Notes under the pieces: generated by a model
The model's database searches: none
Told to the model about the DNA's origin: nothing
What the model saw: the letters and a program-made list of their open reading frames with translations, nothing else
Assembly (NCBI GenBank): GCA_030390025.1
Contig: JASTWF010000332.1
Location: forward strand, 434,001-498,000
From: Squalus acanthias
Taxonomy: Eukaryota
Length of the DNA: 64,000 bases
Direction: 5' to 3'
Shown: positions 47,700 through 60,461 of the stretch, piece after piece
How the letters are laid out: every line of letters begins with the position of its first letter
How positions within the stretch are numbered: the stretch's first letter is position 1
Position numbers and translations under genes: made by a program

Positions 47700-48715
47700 T
47701 ACTCATTGGCAGGCTGTGACTACTGGTGTCCCCCAGGGCTCTGTACTGGGGCCAGAGCTTTTGACGATATTTATAAATGACTTGGAGGAAGGAATAGAGA
47801 GCTGTAGATCTAAGTTTGCTGACGACACTAAGTTAGGTGGAACACTAAGCAGTGTAGATGGGAGCAGAAAGTTGCAAAGGGACATTGATAGAATAAGTGA
47901 GTGGGCAAAACTGTGGCAGATGGAGTTCAATGTGGGAAGTGTGGGATCATCCAATCTGGACCTCAAAGACAGATCAGAATATTTTCTAAATGGCAAGAAG
48001 CTAGGAACCATGGATGAGCAGAGAGATTTATGGCTCTAATTCCAGAAATCACTAAAAGCTAGTAGACAGGTACAAAAAATAATTAAAAAGGCTATTGGAA
48101 TGTTGGCCTTTATTTCAAGAGGGCTGAATACAAAGGGGTGGAAGTTGTGTTACGGTTGTGCCGAGCTCTAGTTAGACCCCATCTGGAGTCCTGCAATAGG
48201 TTCTGGGCACCGCACCTCAGGAATGATGTATTGGCCTTGGATAGGGTGCAGTGCAGATTCACCAGAATGATACCAGGGATAAAAGGGTTAAATTACGAGG
48301 ACAGGTTCTGTAGACTAGGCTTGTATTCCCTCGAATATAGAAGATTAAGGGGTGATCTAATTGAGGTTTTAAGATGATTAAAGGAAATGATAGGGTAGAT
48401 AGCGAGAAACGATTTCCCCTGGTAAGAGAGCCCAGAACAAGGGGGCATAACCTTAAAATTAGAGCTAGGCAGCTCAGGGGTAATGACAGGAAGCACTTCT
48501 TCACACAAAGGGTAGTGGAAATCTGGAACTCTCCCCCAAAAAGCTGTTGAGGCTGGGGTTCAGTTACAAATTTAAAAACTGAGATTGATAGATTTTTGCT
48601 CGGCAAGGGTATTAAGGCAGGTAGCTAGAGTTAAGATACAGATCAACCATGATCTAATTGAATGGCAGAACAGGCTCGAGGGGCTGAATGGCCTACTCCT
48701 GTTACTATGTTCCTT
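47700..48715 (+). mobile_element. CR1 RT/3' fragment
   Basis: GVPQGSVLGP, KFADDTK, LVRPHLE and 3'UTR. Confidence 0.92.
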
Positions 48716-48984
48716 CCTCTGTTCCTAGAGCTTCTGTCTATTGTCAGGTAATTATACTATATGCAAAAAAGGAGACCTATAGAATGACAAACATGTTGTA
48801 TAGTTAAATATGTATAATTTAAAAATAAGCGTCCTTTCCCAAACTCGCCTCTGAACAGAGTATTTGTGAGATGTTAAGTGGTCGAGGAGATGCAATGTAA
48901 AATATTATTGAGCTTGTAGTGGGAGCCAATGTGCTCCTCATTTTTCGTGCTTTGATTCCTTCAATGTGTTACTTTATTCTGCAG

Positions 48985-49115
48985 TACAAACCACCAATGC
49001 ACACCACACATTTTTTGGACATTAGCTCACAAAGCACAATGTCTGGCAGCTCCCTCGCTAGGTTACAGGAGCAGGTTTGCAGATATATTCAAAGCAAACA
49101 AAATGGCACCATTTG
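48985..49115 (+). CDS. EIF2AK4-like: Exon, CTD start: YKPPMHTTHFLDISSQSTMSGSSLARLQEQVCRYIQSKQNGTI
   Basis: ctttattctgcag acceptor. Similar to GCN2 LSASTRRRYETQVQTRLQ. Donor is either gtaaag at 49116 or gtttgc at 49075. Confidence 0.65.
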
Positions 49116-49539
49116 GTAAAGTTCCACGCAAGAGATCAGTAGCTAAAATTGAGACACGGAGGCAACCTTCAGGCACAGATCGCAAACTGGTTGGGAAGTA
49201 GGAGGTTGTTGTTGTTTCATATGAGGGGGAAAAGCTTATAATGGGATGTCTAGTTTGGCGATCCATTCGATGGCCTCCTGAGATGCCGAGTGGAGAAATG
49301 AAGTGCCTCCCCCAATAGATCTCAGTGGGCAGGTTGATGTGATGTGTTCCATGGTCTGGGATTCGTGGCCACATTCACACTTTTGGTTATCCCTCATCTT
49401 CCACTTGTGGAGCAGGTGGCCGCATCGTCTCTGCCCTGTGCGGATTGGGTTGAGCGCTGTCCACTATCTTCGAGGGAGGTCGAAGCCAGGGGCCTCTGCT
49501 GTTGGCTCAGTGATGAGGTGTTGGTTCTTTATGTTGCAT

Positions 49540-50477
49540 GAAGTAGGAGGTAGAGAATTGGGATAAAGGGGGCACTTTTGGATTGATAGGTGGTGAAAAA
49601 TGTCAAGGACTCCAGCTTTTCACTCTACATACAAGTGACCTGGATTTGGAAATAGACGACAGTATTTCCAAGTTTGCAGATGATACTGCGTAAGAGGTCG
49701 ACTGAATTGCGAAAAAAAGTACAGAAAGCTGCAAAAGAACACACCAAATATTAAGCAAGTGGGTGGAATGATGGCAGATGCCATCATTTAATGTAATAAA
49801 ATATGAAGCAGGACACTTTGGACGTAGTATGGCTGGTGGGAATACAGTCCAGTGGGGAAGCACTTAGAATTGAAGATGAACAAAGTGATTCTGGGGTCCT
49901 GATATGTTAGTCTTTCAAAGTTGGCATGCAGGTGCAAAAAGTAGACTAAAGGGCAAATGGAAGGTTGGTCTTCATTGCAAAAGTATAGAATACCTCACCT
50001 TAGGCAGGATATACTGGCCTTTGAGGGAGGCCAGTGACAATTCAATGGGCGATACTTGAGATGAATGATGAGATACTGGGTAAAATTGGGTTTTACTGGA
50101 TAGAGATGAAAAGGTTAAGGGGTGGTCTGACTGAGGTGTTTAAAATAATAAAGGGAATTGATGAGGTGATAGAGAAAATTTCTACTCTGTAGTAAGGGAA
50201 ACCAGAACAAAGGGAAGCCGTCTTAAAATGAAAGCTAAACAAACTCAGAACAAAAAAATCTTCACTCAAAGGGTCGCAAGAATGTGGCGCGAACTGCCCC
50301 AGAAGGCTTTGCAAGTGAAATCAATTGAGACGTTTAAAAGGGAGATAGATAAGTACTTAGGAATTAAACATATTAAAGAATATGGAGAGCGGGCAAGGAC
50401 TCTGCATTAAAGAGATGGAACAGTCATGACGAACGAAGTTGATGGACCAAATGGCCTACTCCTGGTTCTATGTTCTT
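49540..50477 (+). mobile_element. Old CR1 fragment
   Basis: Decayed KFADD, FTQRV..MW..LP and 3'UTR. Confidence 0.7.
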
Positions 50478-50920
50478 AACCTTTGACCCCCAGAACAGTT
50501 TTCACCCCGCGCCTAACCTGTATAGCCCAACTGTATTTTGATCCCAGCTGGTGGATTAAATGTTGTGACAGTTGAAATGGATGCAGCATGTTAAAATGAA
50601 CAGAATTAGTGGCATTAATATGATAATCAGAGATATTAGGGGCATTCAAAATGCAGTTAGAAGCAAGGCTGGGTACAGTGGGATAACAGAGGGATGAGCT
50701 TTGATTGGCTAAATAGCCATTTTGCCTCTTTCTTAAATTGGCCAAAATATAGTATTTAACACTTTTGCTTCAAGCATTGCTGACTTTATTTGTTATTAGC
50801 TGCATTTACATTGTGGAGAAAAGCTTAATTGTTAATTAGAATTTGCAGCGAATTAATGTACTTTTGGCATATCTGCCTTGATGTGCAGCCACGTTGAAAG
50901 TACTTTGTGGAAGCAAGCAG

Positions 50921-51013
50921 TTCTCTCAATAGAAATATGCATTTTTGTAAAACGTCTTTTACCTTGCTGCTTGGATTTCTAAAGCATGAAATTAAAAGTT
51001 GCACAGCATGGAG
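50921..51013 (+). CDS. Candidate CTD exon: SLNRNMHFCKTSFTLLLGFLKHEIKSCTAW(R)
   Basis: Open frame ending GAG/gtatta in phase 2, like the penultimate GCN2 exon (..LKLVCDEIYNIK). Acceptor is weak and ambiguous. Confidence 0.35.
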
Positions 51014-51481
51014 GTATTACTTAGCCCCAGCCTTTCACAAAGTTTAATATATTTGGAGCAAAAAGTACTTCGGAGAAGATAATGATGAGATTATAGGAAA
51101 TGCACGAGGGGATTAGGAAAAGTCATGTCTTTGAGTTAAAGGTATAGGGTGAAATTCTAGAATGGAAAAAAAAACGCAAATCTTGGAAATCTGAAATAAA
51201 AACTGAAAATGGAAGTCTATCCGCACACACAACAACCAGAAAACACTCGCACACTCTGCTTTTTGCCTTACCATTTAACCAACAAAAGGACAAAATGATT
51301 GAAGTATACGTGAACACGCCGTGTGAATGAGTATTGAGATCACATGCCCAATGACAGTCTATTACTTATTTCTTATTTACTCATCAAAAATGCAATTAGC
51401 CACATTTGGATTCCCAATGAGCCACATACGGCTAGTGATTATACAACACTGGTCTGGGAGAAGTAGGATGGCCAGAAGCAG

Positions 51482-51706
51482 ATTGAGAGGTCGCACAACA
51501 CCAGGTTATAGTCCAACAGTTTTATTTGAAATCACAAGCTTTCGGAGCTATCGATTTGCTCCTTCCTCAGGTGAACTTCACCTGAGGAAGGAGCAAATCG
51601 ATAGCTCCGAAAGCTTGTGATTTCAAATAAAACTGTTGGACTATAACCTGGTGTTGTGCGACCTCTCAATTTTGTCCACCCCAGTCCAACACCGGCATCT
51701 CCGCAT
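51482..51706. mobile_element. Palindromic Penelope-end insertion with two hammerhead cores
   Basis: Fold-back 51482-51670 plus tail; 11-bp direct repeat CAGAAGCAGAT at 51473 and 51707. Confidence 0.85.
51578..51620 (+). ncRNA. Minimal hammerhead ribozyme-like motif
   Basis: TCAC-CTGAGGA-AGGAGC(aaatcgata)GCTCC-GAAA-GCTT-GTGA. Confidence 0.55.
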
Positions 51707-52320
51707 CAGAAGCAGATGGCCATGTCATTCATACAAACTGGCACAAACTGGAGGAGCCACAGTCATCAGGCTGACTTACACCAGAAGAGGAGCAGCCAGG
51801 CGGTATGTTTGCTTTAGAGGAGTAAATACAGGCACTATGCTGGATCAGGACCAAAAAAAAGCAATGGGACTCCTAGTCGGAAGGCTGGGCCGGGAACCGC
51901 TCCTACCTGCAGGCTGAACCCGATGGCTGAAGCTGGGTTACCAAAGTTCCCCGGGAGTGAAAAGGAGGCGATGTTCCAAAGCTGCTTTGGCCGAGCTCAA
52001 AATGATTGGGGGTGGGGTGGGAGAGGTCATGACCCCCCGACCCCCCCACTGTGTATAGAAGCTTTGTTAAATACAGATGAATGCAAGGGGCAGTAATCTG
52101 TTTCATTTCAGTTTTAGCAGCATACATTATCCAGTTTATGTAAGTCAATTAACTCCTAGAAACTATTGTCTGTAGTCAATCACAGTACGTTTTATGGCAC
52201 GTCTTTCATTTTGGCACTGGCTCATTTAGTTCTACTTAAAACTGATGTGTCTGCACAGCAGTGCTCTGCTGAATGAGATCAAACAGTTGTGTAATCATCT
52301 AACTTAATGTTATCCTCCAG

Positions 52321-52375
52321 GTTAATGTTGCTTTTATATCACTCTGTTTCGCTTGTGCGCATGAAACAAACTATT
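52321..52375 (+). CDS. Candidate CTD exon: (R)LMLLLYHSVSLVRMKQTI
   Basis: ttatcctccag acceptor, phase 2. Hydrophobic strand resembling the GCN2 terminal VSVLFLYSY. Donor uncertain. Confidence 0.4.
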
Positions 52376-52508
52376 GTTGGTTTGTTTAAATACCAAAATA
52401 CTACAAGAAATAACATAGAAAAACTGAATGCTATAAATCTGAAACAGCATCAAAAAAAGACTGGAAATGCACAGCACGCTCATTGACATCGGAAAGGGAA
52501 AAGTTAAT

Positions 52509-53253
52509 GGCCCAGAAATTGATCTCGCTCTGTTCCCGCGGGGGTAAGCCTTTCCCGCGATGTCTCACCTCGCTTATGCTTTTTCTGATCCAGCTCGCAC
52601 GAAATTGATGTTCCAGACATCAGCTGTGCTGGGCTTGCGTATCCCAGCGGCGTAGTTAATTCGTGCGAGCTGTGGGATCACGTGACTCAGTTAGAGCCAA
52701 TGGCAGCACACCATCTTCCATTCATAAGTCTCACAGCATGGCTGAGAGACTTATGAATCTTACACCCCCCCAAAATAACAGCTAAACCTCAATTAAATTT
52801 AAAAAAAAAACCATCACATTAATAAAATAAGTATAGTTAATTAAATTAACCATTTTAAATAAAAAATTAAATTTTTGAAAAAATTTAAAATCTTTTAAAA
52901 AGTTATAAAAATAAACTTACCTGTCTTTAAAGTCTATAAAAAAGATATACCTGTAAAAAAAAAATTCAAAAAAATACTTAATTCACTACTTACCTTCTTA
53001 AAAGCGGGTCTTACTCCTCCTTTTTACATTTCCAAAATCTTCAGTACTTACCTGCGCGTCCAAAGCATGAAGTGCACAGCGTGCGCGCAGCCTGTAGCGC
53101 GCACGCGATGCACTCCGGCCCCGCCCCCTTTTCGGAAGAGCAATTGCCGGTTTTCAGCGCATGCGCAGGGCATGCAGAAAACCGGCAATTGGAGTGGGAA
53201 TACGCGAGAGTATGCAGTGCGTACTCTCGCGTCCCGGGATCAATTTTCGGCCC
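52509..53253. mobile_element. MITE
   Basis: GGCCCAGAAATTGATC / GATCAATTTTCGGCC ends, AT-rich core. Confidence 0.7.
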
Positions 53254-53676
53254 AATGTTTCAAGTGCAACCCGTCATTAAAACTGGGGTCAGATCTTGTG
53301 CTCTCATTCAGTTCCTGACTGGCCTGCTATCAGGAAATAAGATCATGTGTGAACTTACAAAAGTAGCCATTCAAAACCTCAGCCGTGTCCTGAGAGTCCA
53401 CCTGAATCTGCCCTGAGGAATCCTCCACTGGCCCCTATACGGTCCTGAATGGCTCTCTGATCTCCTGCATAGCTGAAAAAGACCATGCTATTGATACTCC
53501 AGGTATCCACTATCATCATCTCCCACTTACATTGAGAAACCTTTTCTCTGCCTTGCTGCTTTAGCTCATGTTACAACAAGTGAATCGTAACCAATAAATA
53601 CCTGCAGGTAATAGGTACCTGCAGCCAACCTCATGAAGCAGTCGATATTAATGGCATTTACCCTGTTTATCTTTAG

Positions 53677-53771
53677 GTGTTGCTGTATGACAGAGGAAAA
53701 GTTTCAACCCTAAACAGCCTAGAGAAGTTTTTGCAATGTGCGAAAAAAAACACAAAACGGACCCCGTCAAG
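53677..53771 (+). CDS. Candidate late exon: VLLYDRGKVSTLNSLEKFLQCAKKNTKRTPS(R)
   Basis: tgtttatctttag acceptor, AAG/gtacag donor, only one frame open. No homology support. Confidence 0.3.
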
Positions 53772-55411
53772 GTACAGCATTAAGAGCATGTGTCGTTTGA
53801 TATAAGCATGTACAATGAGAGTTTGGTACTTTTCATTGATGAAATGAGCGCCTGTTCTACCAAAGTGAATTGAATACACAGATGAGTGAACAGGCCACTA
53901 GTAATGTACAGTGACGGCTGCACAATGCCAGGTGAATATTGAATGGTGCAGGAGAATTACCCGGCATGCCCTGAGATAAGAATGCCCGCATAGGGGGAAG
54001 TGAGTTAAAAGGCTCTGCCACGTTTTGGTATTCCTGACCATTTTTCCATGGGAAGTGTATTAAAAATGTTACCTTTAAATTAAATCCCAGGATTAAAATT
54101 TCCATCGTAGCCAGAGGATTGGGAGGGGGAGGTGTGTTTTAAAGCTCGACGGACAAGATCATGGCATCTTGCTACTTGCGTCCCACTTTGAACTGGGACA
54201 ATAAGAGCCAATTGACTGATCCCAGACAAGGTGGTACTATTTATTGTGAGAACAGCAGTGGGCTAAGGGGGGACAGTAGCAGTGGCTGGATAATTGTGGA
54301 TTGCCAGGCAAGTGAAAAGACTCCGATGACAATGTTTCCATTTCTTTCATAAAATTGTGTGGGGTTTTGGAAAAAACCATTGATGTCTAGTTGCGTTTTG
54401 CTCCCTGCATTAGTTTCCATTGTTGTGGAGGGGGGTCATTTTTGCATATTAATATTTATTTAATGAGACATTTCTCCAGTATTATTGCTTGCTGCTGCAA
54501 TTGAAGTTGTAGCAAAGCAAGTTCTGAGGTTAGGAAGCCCCTTGGGATATGCAATCTTCTAACTCGGAAGCAAGAGAGAAGGAAAGAAACCAACCCCTTT
54601 TTTTTTTTGAGTGTGTGTTTTTGAAGACCACTTCTTCTTATTACAGCAGCCATCACTGCCTGTGGCAGCTCCCATCATCCCTTTACCTTTAACAAGCACT
54701 TACTGTGTTATACTTCAGTCCACACAGACTCACTGCGATCATCAACCCCTCAACCTGCAGTAGCATCGTTCCTTTCCAGCTTTTTTTCATGTTAAAAGCT
54801 CTGCCAGCACTAATGTCATCACACTCCAGCTTTAGTGCATTCACTGAATCTACCATGGCAACTGCTATAATGAGCAGTCTCTGTAGATAAAAATGTTTGA
54901 AAGCAAATGAGGACAAAAAGATGACATTTGTACATGATTGCATGGATTCCAGTAAACAAATGTTCATTTACCTTACAATAAAATATAGTGCTGTTGGAAT
55001 AGTTTATTACTATTCCTCACTTTGAATGCAGATTGCATTTAGATATATGATTAGACAAGATGTGGGTTTGAGTTCAGTCTGTGTTTTAAGGAGATGCTGA
55101 GGCAAATAGCAAAGATGCATTTAAGGGGAAGCTAGATAAGCACACGAGGGAGCAATAATAGAAGGATATACTGATAGGGTTGGATGAAGAGGGGTGGGAG
55201 GAGGCTTGTGTGGAGTTTAAAAGCCGGCAGAGACCAGTTGGGCCGAATGGCCTGTTTCTGTGCTGTAATTCAATGTAATGTAATGTAAATTTCAAAAGTC
55301 GATTTGTAATGCTGCCCAACAACTGATAATGATTGGGTTACAGTTTGAAGTCAAAGCTATCATTAGGTTTGGGGGGAAAACACAGAGACACACATGCAGA
55401 TACACACACAC

Positions 55412-56054
55412 GGCTCGATTTTGTCATTGGGGCGGGCTGGGGTCGTGTCATCCACTTTTCGTGTTAGCCACCCGACTCCAATTGGATGTGGGAGAATTAT
55501 TGAATTTTCCCCTAATTGGGCAATTGAGTTCCAGCATGTGGGAACCCATGACCCAATTAGTGTTTTCAGTCTGAAAGTCGCCTCTGATGATGTCATCATT
55601 GCTGCTGCATTTAAGGTCTGCAAAGACTGGGAACCTTTTGGCCTTTGCTGTGAGAGGGACCTGGAGGCAAAATGAGCAGCAGGAGACCGAAGTCTGCTCC
55701 CAGATTTCTTCTTCTTCTCCTCCCCCTCCTCATCATATCGCCTTTTTTAATGGTAGACCTGCAGCTGATAGTCGACAATCCAAGTGTGCTACCGCCAGGT
55801 TGCACCGTCGTGTTTCAGAAGAGGCGTGCATCACGTCAAAGTGTTAAAATCAGAAAGGCCTCTCAAAATAGGATTATACAGGCAATTAAGTGGTTCTTAA
55901 GGGCCTATCCCACCTCTTGGAGGCGGGACGGAGACGGGATCACAAACCACGCATTTGGGAAAATTGCTCGGAGGCGGGGTCGGGCCCGCCCGCCATTTTT
56001 TGCAATTTTAACACACCTCCATTCCCGCCTCCTCGGGCCTGGCAAAATCGAGCC
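55412..56054. mobile_element. Harbinger-like MITE
   Basis: GGCTCGATTTTG / CAAAATCGAGCC; GGCGGG subterminal motifs. Confidence 0.75.
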
Positions 56055-56272
56055 CACACTCTTTATGAATGCTCTTTATGGAAGCTGCCTACTTAATCAA
56101 AATGTTGGCTATTGGGGATCAGAAAGGTTCTAAACATCACACACAGGACAGGCAATCTGTGTTTTCAATAACAGTGTTTAATTTAGACTTTGGTCTGATT
56201 TGTAATGTAATTTTATGAAACTATTAATCATGGGAAATAACATTTTGATTGTTTTGCTTTTCAACCAAGCAG

Positions 56273-56351
56273 GTGCTCGGCAAAGAGACAGCTTTGTTCC
56301 AAGAGACGACTGAAAGTGCCAAGACTGCATTGTGCACTGAGAAAGTATTAG
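56273..56351 (+). CDS. Candidate terminal coding exon: CSAKRQLCSKRRLKVPRLHCALRKY*
   Basis: ttttgcttttcaaccaagcag acceptor, followed by AT-rich 3'UTR-like sequence and ATTAAA at 56840. Confidence 0.3.
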
Positions 56352-56839
56352 GAATGGAACTTAACCTACTGGTTACTATGCAACTGTAAACATTATCAGG
56401 ATATGAAAATTTGCATTTTTTTTTTAGTAATAACCTGTGGTCTTATTTTCTTCATACCAAGAATAATATAAAAGGGAAGTTAATTAAAACTGCAACAAAA
56501 TCCTAACTGTTAAACGGTGCAGGTACTGGTCTTTACCCTCACTTCTTTGTTCCCATATTTTGTGCTTTAACAAATGTGGTTCAGACTCTCCCTATAAGAA
56601 AACACTTTATTGCAAAAAGTTCCTTTATAGTAACCCCTTGAACTGAGACCTTACCTTTAACATAATCAGTGCTGACTTGTCAGTATGTTTCAAACAAGTG
56701 TGATATTTTATTGCCTTTATCAGTATTCTAATATATACAGGATACAAATGTCACATTTTTGATGACATTTTTAGAATATTGTATTAAGATTATAATGTTG
56801 TCAATATTTTATATACTTCTGCATGTTATAATGTTTTTC

Positions 56840-56845
56840 ATTAAA
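56840..56845 (+). terminator. Candidate polyadenylation signal ATTAAA
   Basis: Lies at the end of an AT-rich stretch after the candidate last exon, with T-rich sequence downstream. Confidence 0.25.
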
Positions 56846-57984
56846 TCATTTTTTTAAAGTTTATGAAGCACCAATTTTTTTTCTCTTGCCAATTTTCTCC
56901 TCTCTCTATCTCTCTCCTGAAGGCATCAGCTCTTTGTTGGGTACAGTTTCACAGGTGCCGGCAGCCTCCTGTACCTTACTCAAGTGGCCATTTCTCAGGT
57001 ATGAGCCTTGGTAGTGAGTATTACCAGATATTTGCAATTGGAGGGAAACAGCCAAGTCTATTCCTGTTCTTGCACCACTGTTGATGCCTAAATGTTCCAG
57101 CAGGGGTCACTAGATAACAATTAGGAATGGGAATCACTGACAATTTGCCACGGTTGGTCAGGACAATGCTAGTACCATCAGCTATCTCAGCACTGATGGG
57201 GCATCAGGCCTGAGATCTTCCTGGTCTCTCTGGTCCAATTTCTGTTTGTTAAACTTTTTCCTGTACCTTTAGCTCAAAATTTTTTTGCACCCTAACTTTC
57301 TGGAAGTGCGAGCTGATAACGGCACAGTGGGGCATCTGGGATCTTAGTGAACAGTGTGGGACCAACTGTCTAACTCCTTAACCAATGAGATTTGTTATTA
57401 ACTGAGAAATAAACAGAAGAATGACAGAGATGGGTGAATTAGAGTCATATCATCAGGTATAGAAAAAGAAAGAGAGAGAAAGAAAGATTGGATCAAGAGA
57501 GAGAAAAAAAAAGAGACAGATAGGGAGAGCAAGAATTTTTTTTTTAATTTTACATTTTTAAAATCTCCAATAACAATTCACTACCCAAAGGAATGAGTCA
57601 CCACACTTTTAATTGTTCACTTTCTGGGCCGGAGAGATTTATTGGCAGTCATTAACAATTATCACGTCGTTAAAAAGGTACTTGCGCTGTTAATTACCAG
57701 ACTTGACTTTCCGTGGTGAGTTTAATGGGCAATTAATGTGCAAATGCAGCAAGTTCTTAAAAATAACGGGGAGGCTAAGGACGAGATGCTGTTTGTGCAA
57801 AGCAAACGGCGGAGCGGCGTAAATCGATCAACATGTTCTGGAAATTCACAGCTCATGGCATATCTCTTAATCCTCGGAACTTGCTGGCCGATTTGCACAT
57901 TGATAATGGCGTGCGCCGTTCAGACGCCCTTATTTTTCCCAGCAACTTCCGGCCCAATATTTACATGTTCCCACCAGGCCTAGA

Positions 57985-58645
57985 GACCCTAAGAGGGCGC
58001 TAACGGAGCGCAAAGCAACTAGTGCCCGGGCGCGACGCCTCCCGCGAAATTCAGCGGGAGGTTAGTGGTGGCGCTAACCGGTAGCGCCCTGCGGCGCTGC
58101 ACCGCTGGCGATGACATCATCGCCGTGCGCAGTGCCCCGCTTGCGCCCCGGCCGTGATCTTCGGGAGCGCCCCCTGACTTATCGCCGGACGCTCTGTGAC
58201 TATTTAAAGGCGTGGTGCAGGGTGGCCATTTTTGTTGCTGGCCACCTGCCTGCGCTCCCGTCCCCGGCCTCCTGAACCGCTCCCCACCCCCCACCCCCCC
58301 CCCCCCCCCCCGCGGAGTGTCGGCTGCGCTCCAAGAGCCCGGCACTTCTCTTGAGTGCCGGGCTCTTTTGCTGGCACTCCCGATCCCCGGGGGCCCAACT
58401 GGGCCCAGGGTCGCGCTGTGCAAGGCCCCTCCCCTTTAAGAAGGGGAGGAAGGCCTGCAATACCGTGGCGCGTGCGCTGCAGCACGTAGCACCATGAAAT
58501 TGACTCGCAACGCCCCAAGATTGATGTGGGGTGCTTCCAGTAGTGCCCCGCTTCCCACTTGGGGTGCAACCACTCAATTTCCGGCGCGGGGGCGCTAATG
58601 TTTCTGGGGCGCTAAAAGTAGGGCGCTACTCAATTTGTAGCCGCT
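57985..58645. mobile_element. GC-rich MITE-like element
   Basis: Repeated GGCGCTAA motifs; related to 61841-62687. Ends approximate. Confidence 0.5.
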
Positions 58646-59017
58646 AATGCTTTACATAGGATTTGATCTAGCTATTGACTGTCTTCCTTGAGGAGGGCCA
58701 TGTTTGGTCTCTTCGGGTCAAGGTAGCTCCAAGGTGACGAAGGCAACTCGGAACCGTGACAATTTTCTGCGGTAGACTCGGTAACTCAGTACCTGAACAA
58801 GCCCAGTCCAACATATCCCAGAGCTTGGTCGAGGCTGGACCAGGCAGTCTGGCTCATTTGGAACCTGGACAGTTCGAGGGATGGGATTCCTCCCACTTCG
58901 CTCCAGATAACGCATGCAAGTCAACATCCCATCAAGTAGGGTCATCCTGGAGGACCAAGCAGCAGGAAACCTCTCCAGTAAGCTGCATGGCTTTAGCTGG
59001 TTAAACTCCATCCATTA

Positions 59018-59341
59018 GATGTGGGCGTTGCTGGCAAGGCCAGCATTTATTACCCATCCCAAATTGCCCTTGAGAAGGTGGTGGTGAGCCCACTTCTTGA
59101 ACCGCTGCAGTCCGTGTGGTGAAGGTACTCCCACAGTGCTGTTAGGGAGGGAGTGCCAGGATTTTGACCCAGCGACGATGAAGGAATAGTGATATATTTC
59201 CAAGTCAGGATGGTGTGTGACTTGGAGGGGATCCTGGAGGTGGTGGTGTTCCCATGCGCCTGCTGCCCTTGTCCTTGTAGATGTTGCGGGTTTGGGAGGT
59301 ACTGTCGAAGAAGCCTTGACGAGTTGCTGCAGTGCATCTTG
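59018..59341 (-). mobile_element. CR1-group LINE 3' fragment
   Basis: Same family as 34580-35140. Confidence 0.85.
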
Positions 59342-60461
59342 TGCGCAACTTCAGTGTTGCTAAGCCTTGACTCTGCTAAATTGCACTAAAGCTCTCTAGG
59401 TGGGGTGTGTCTCTATGGGAAGAGTGTGCACTTCAAATTGGGCAAACAGAAACCTTACAAGTGCATATAGATTCCTCAGTAGCTTGATCTCAAATCTGGT
59501 GAGGAGTTTCTGCATGTGTCTAGCATCCAGCACCAATCTGGTCTTTCGGTCCTTTTCATTGTCAGATATTCATCCAGCCCCTTTTTGAAAGTAATATCTC
59601 TCTTACTAAGTTTGACAAAGTCTGTTCCACATGTCTACTCTTCAAATGTTGAAAAATGTCTTTTGCCAACAACTTCTGGTCCTCTGATGACTGTTTATTT
59701 AAGTTAAATGACCTGATTTGCATCTATATTATTCATGCATTTTAAAGACTCAGTTCCTAGCTCCCTCTCAATTTCTCTCCACTGCAAACCAAATCGTGTG
59801 GTGAGCTTTTTTCCATAACTTAGTACTAATTCCTAGAATCATCCTTCTTTGAATCCTCTCCAGTGCATCAATTGACTATGCCGGTAAGATGTCTCAAAGG
59901 GCAAAGTGTATTCCAAATGTGGCCTCATTGCTCAGTTCTACGGGTTAGACTAACCTGTTTCAGCTACAGATGTATCCCAGTATATGGATAGTCTTGTTTG
60001 GAACAGTCAGGCACTGACTTTCAGCTAATAGTTGATAATTACATCCAAATTTCCCCCCATCTTTGCCAATAGACCCTCATCCGTTGAGTGCACATATTTT
60101 TCTGGTGCCACTGAGCATTACCTCACCTTTTTCCAGACTAAACTACATCTACAAATCTGTTACCCGTCCATTTAATTTGAATACCATTAATGCCACTTAT
60201 GCTAGTTAGTTTGCCACAAAGCTGGGTAGCAATAAGGCTTTTGAGAAATGCTCTTCTCAATCTATTTTATATTTAAAATGGTGAGTGGTCTCAAGGTTTC
60301 AAATGTACTGCACTTGTCGGTGATGCTGAGATCGTAACGTTATATGACATTGAGAAGCAAATTCTCCTCCCCCCCACCACCTGCTGGGAAATTGCTCATC
60401 CACCATTGCCCCCTGTTCACTCCTCTTCATCCTCTTCTTCTTCTCTCACGTTTCCCCTTCC

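Larger units (their letters stand above)
3354..56351 (+). other. EIF2AK4-like: Spliced gene (5'-partial): divergent GCN2/EIF2AK4-like eIF2-alpha kinase (kinase C-lobe + HisRS-like + anticodon-binding-like + CTD)
   Basis: In-frame chain of AG/GT exons whose translations follow GCN2 in order: KADMYSFG, DPLKRPSAEEIL, IFQKHG, VPFVRFV..KR, YC..CAFDII, SHTLL, GGQY, AAGLNIDLQKL, KFWEAGI. Splice phases are mutually compatible. The 3' end (after ~49100) is uncertain. Confidence 0.88.
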
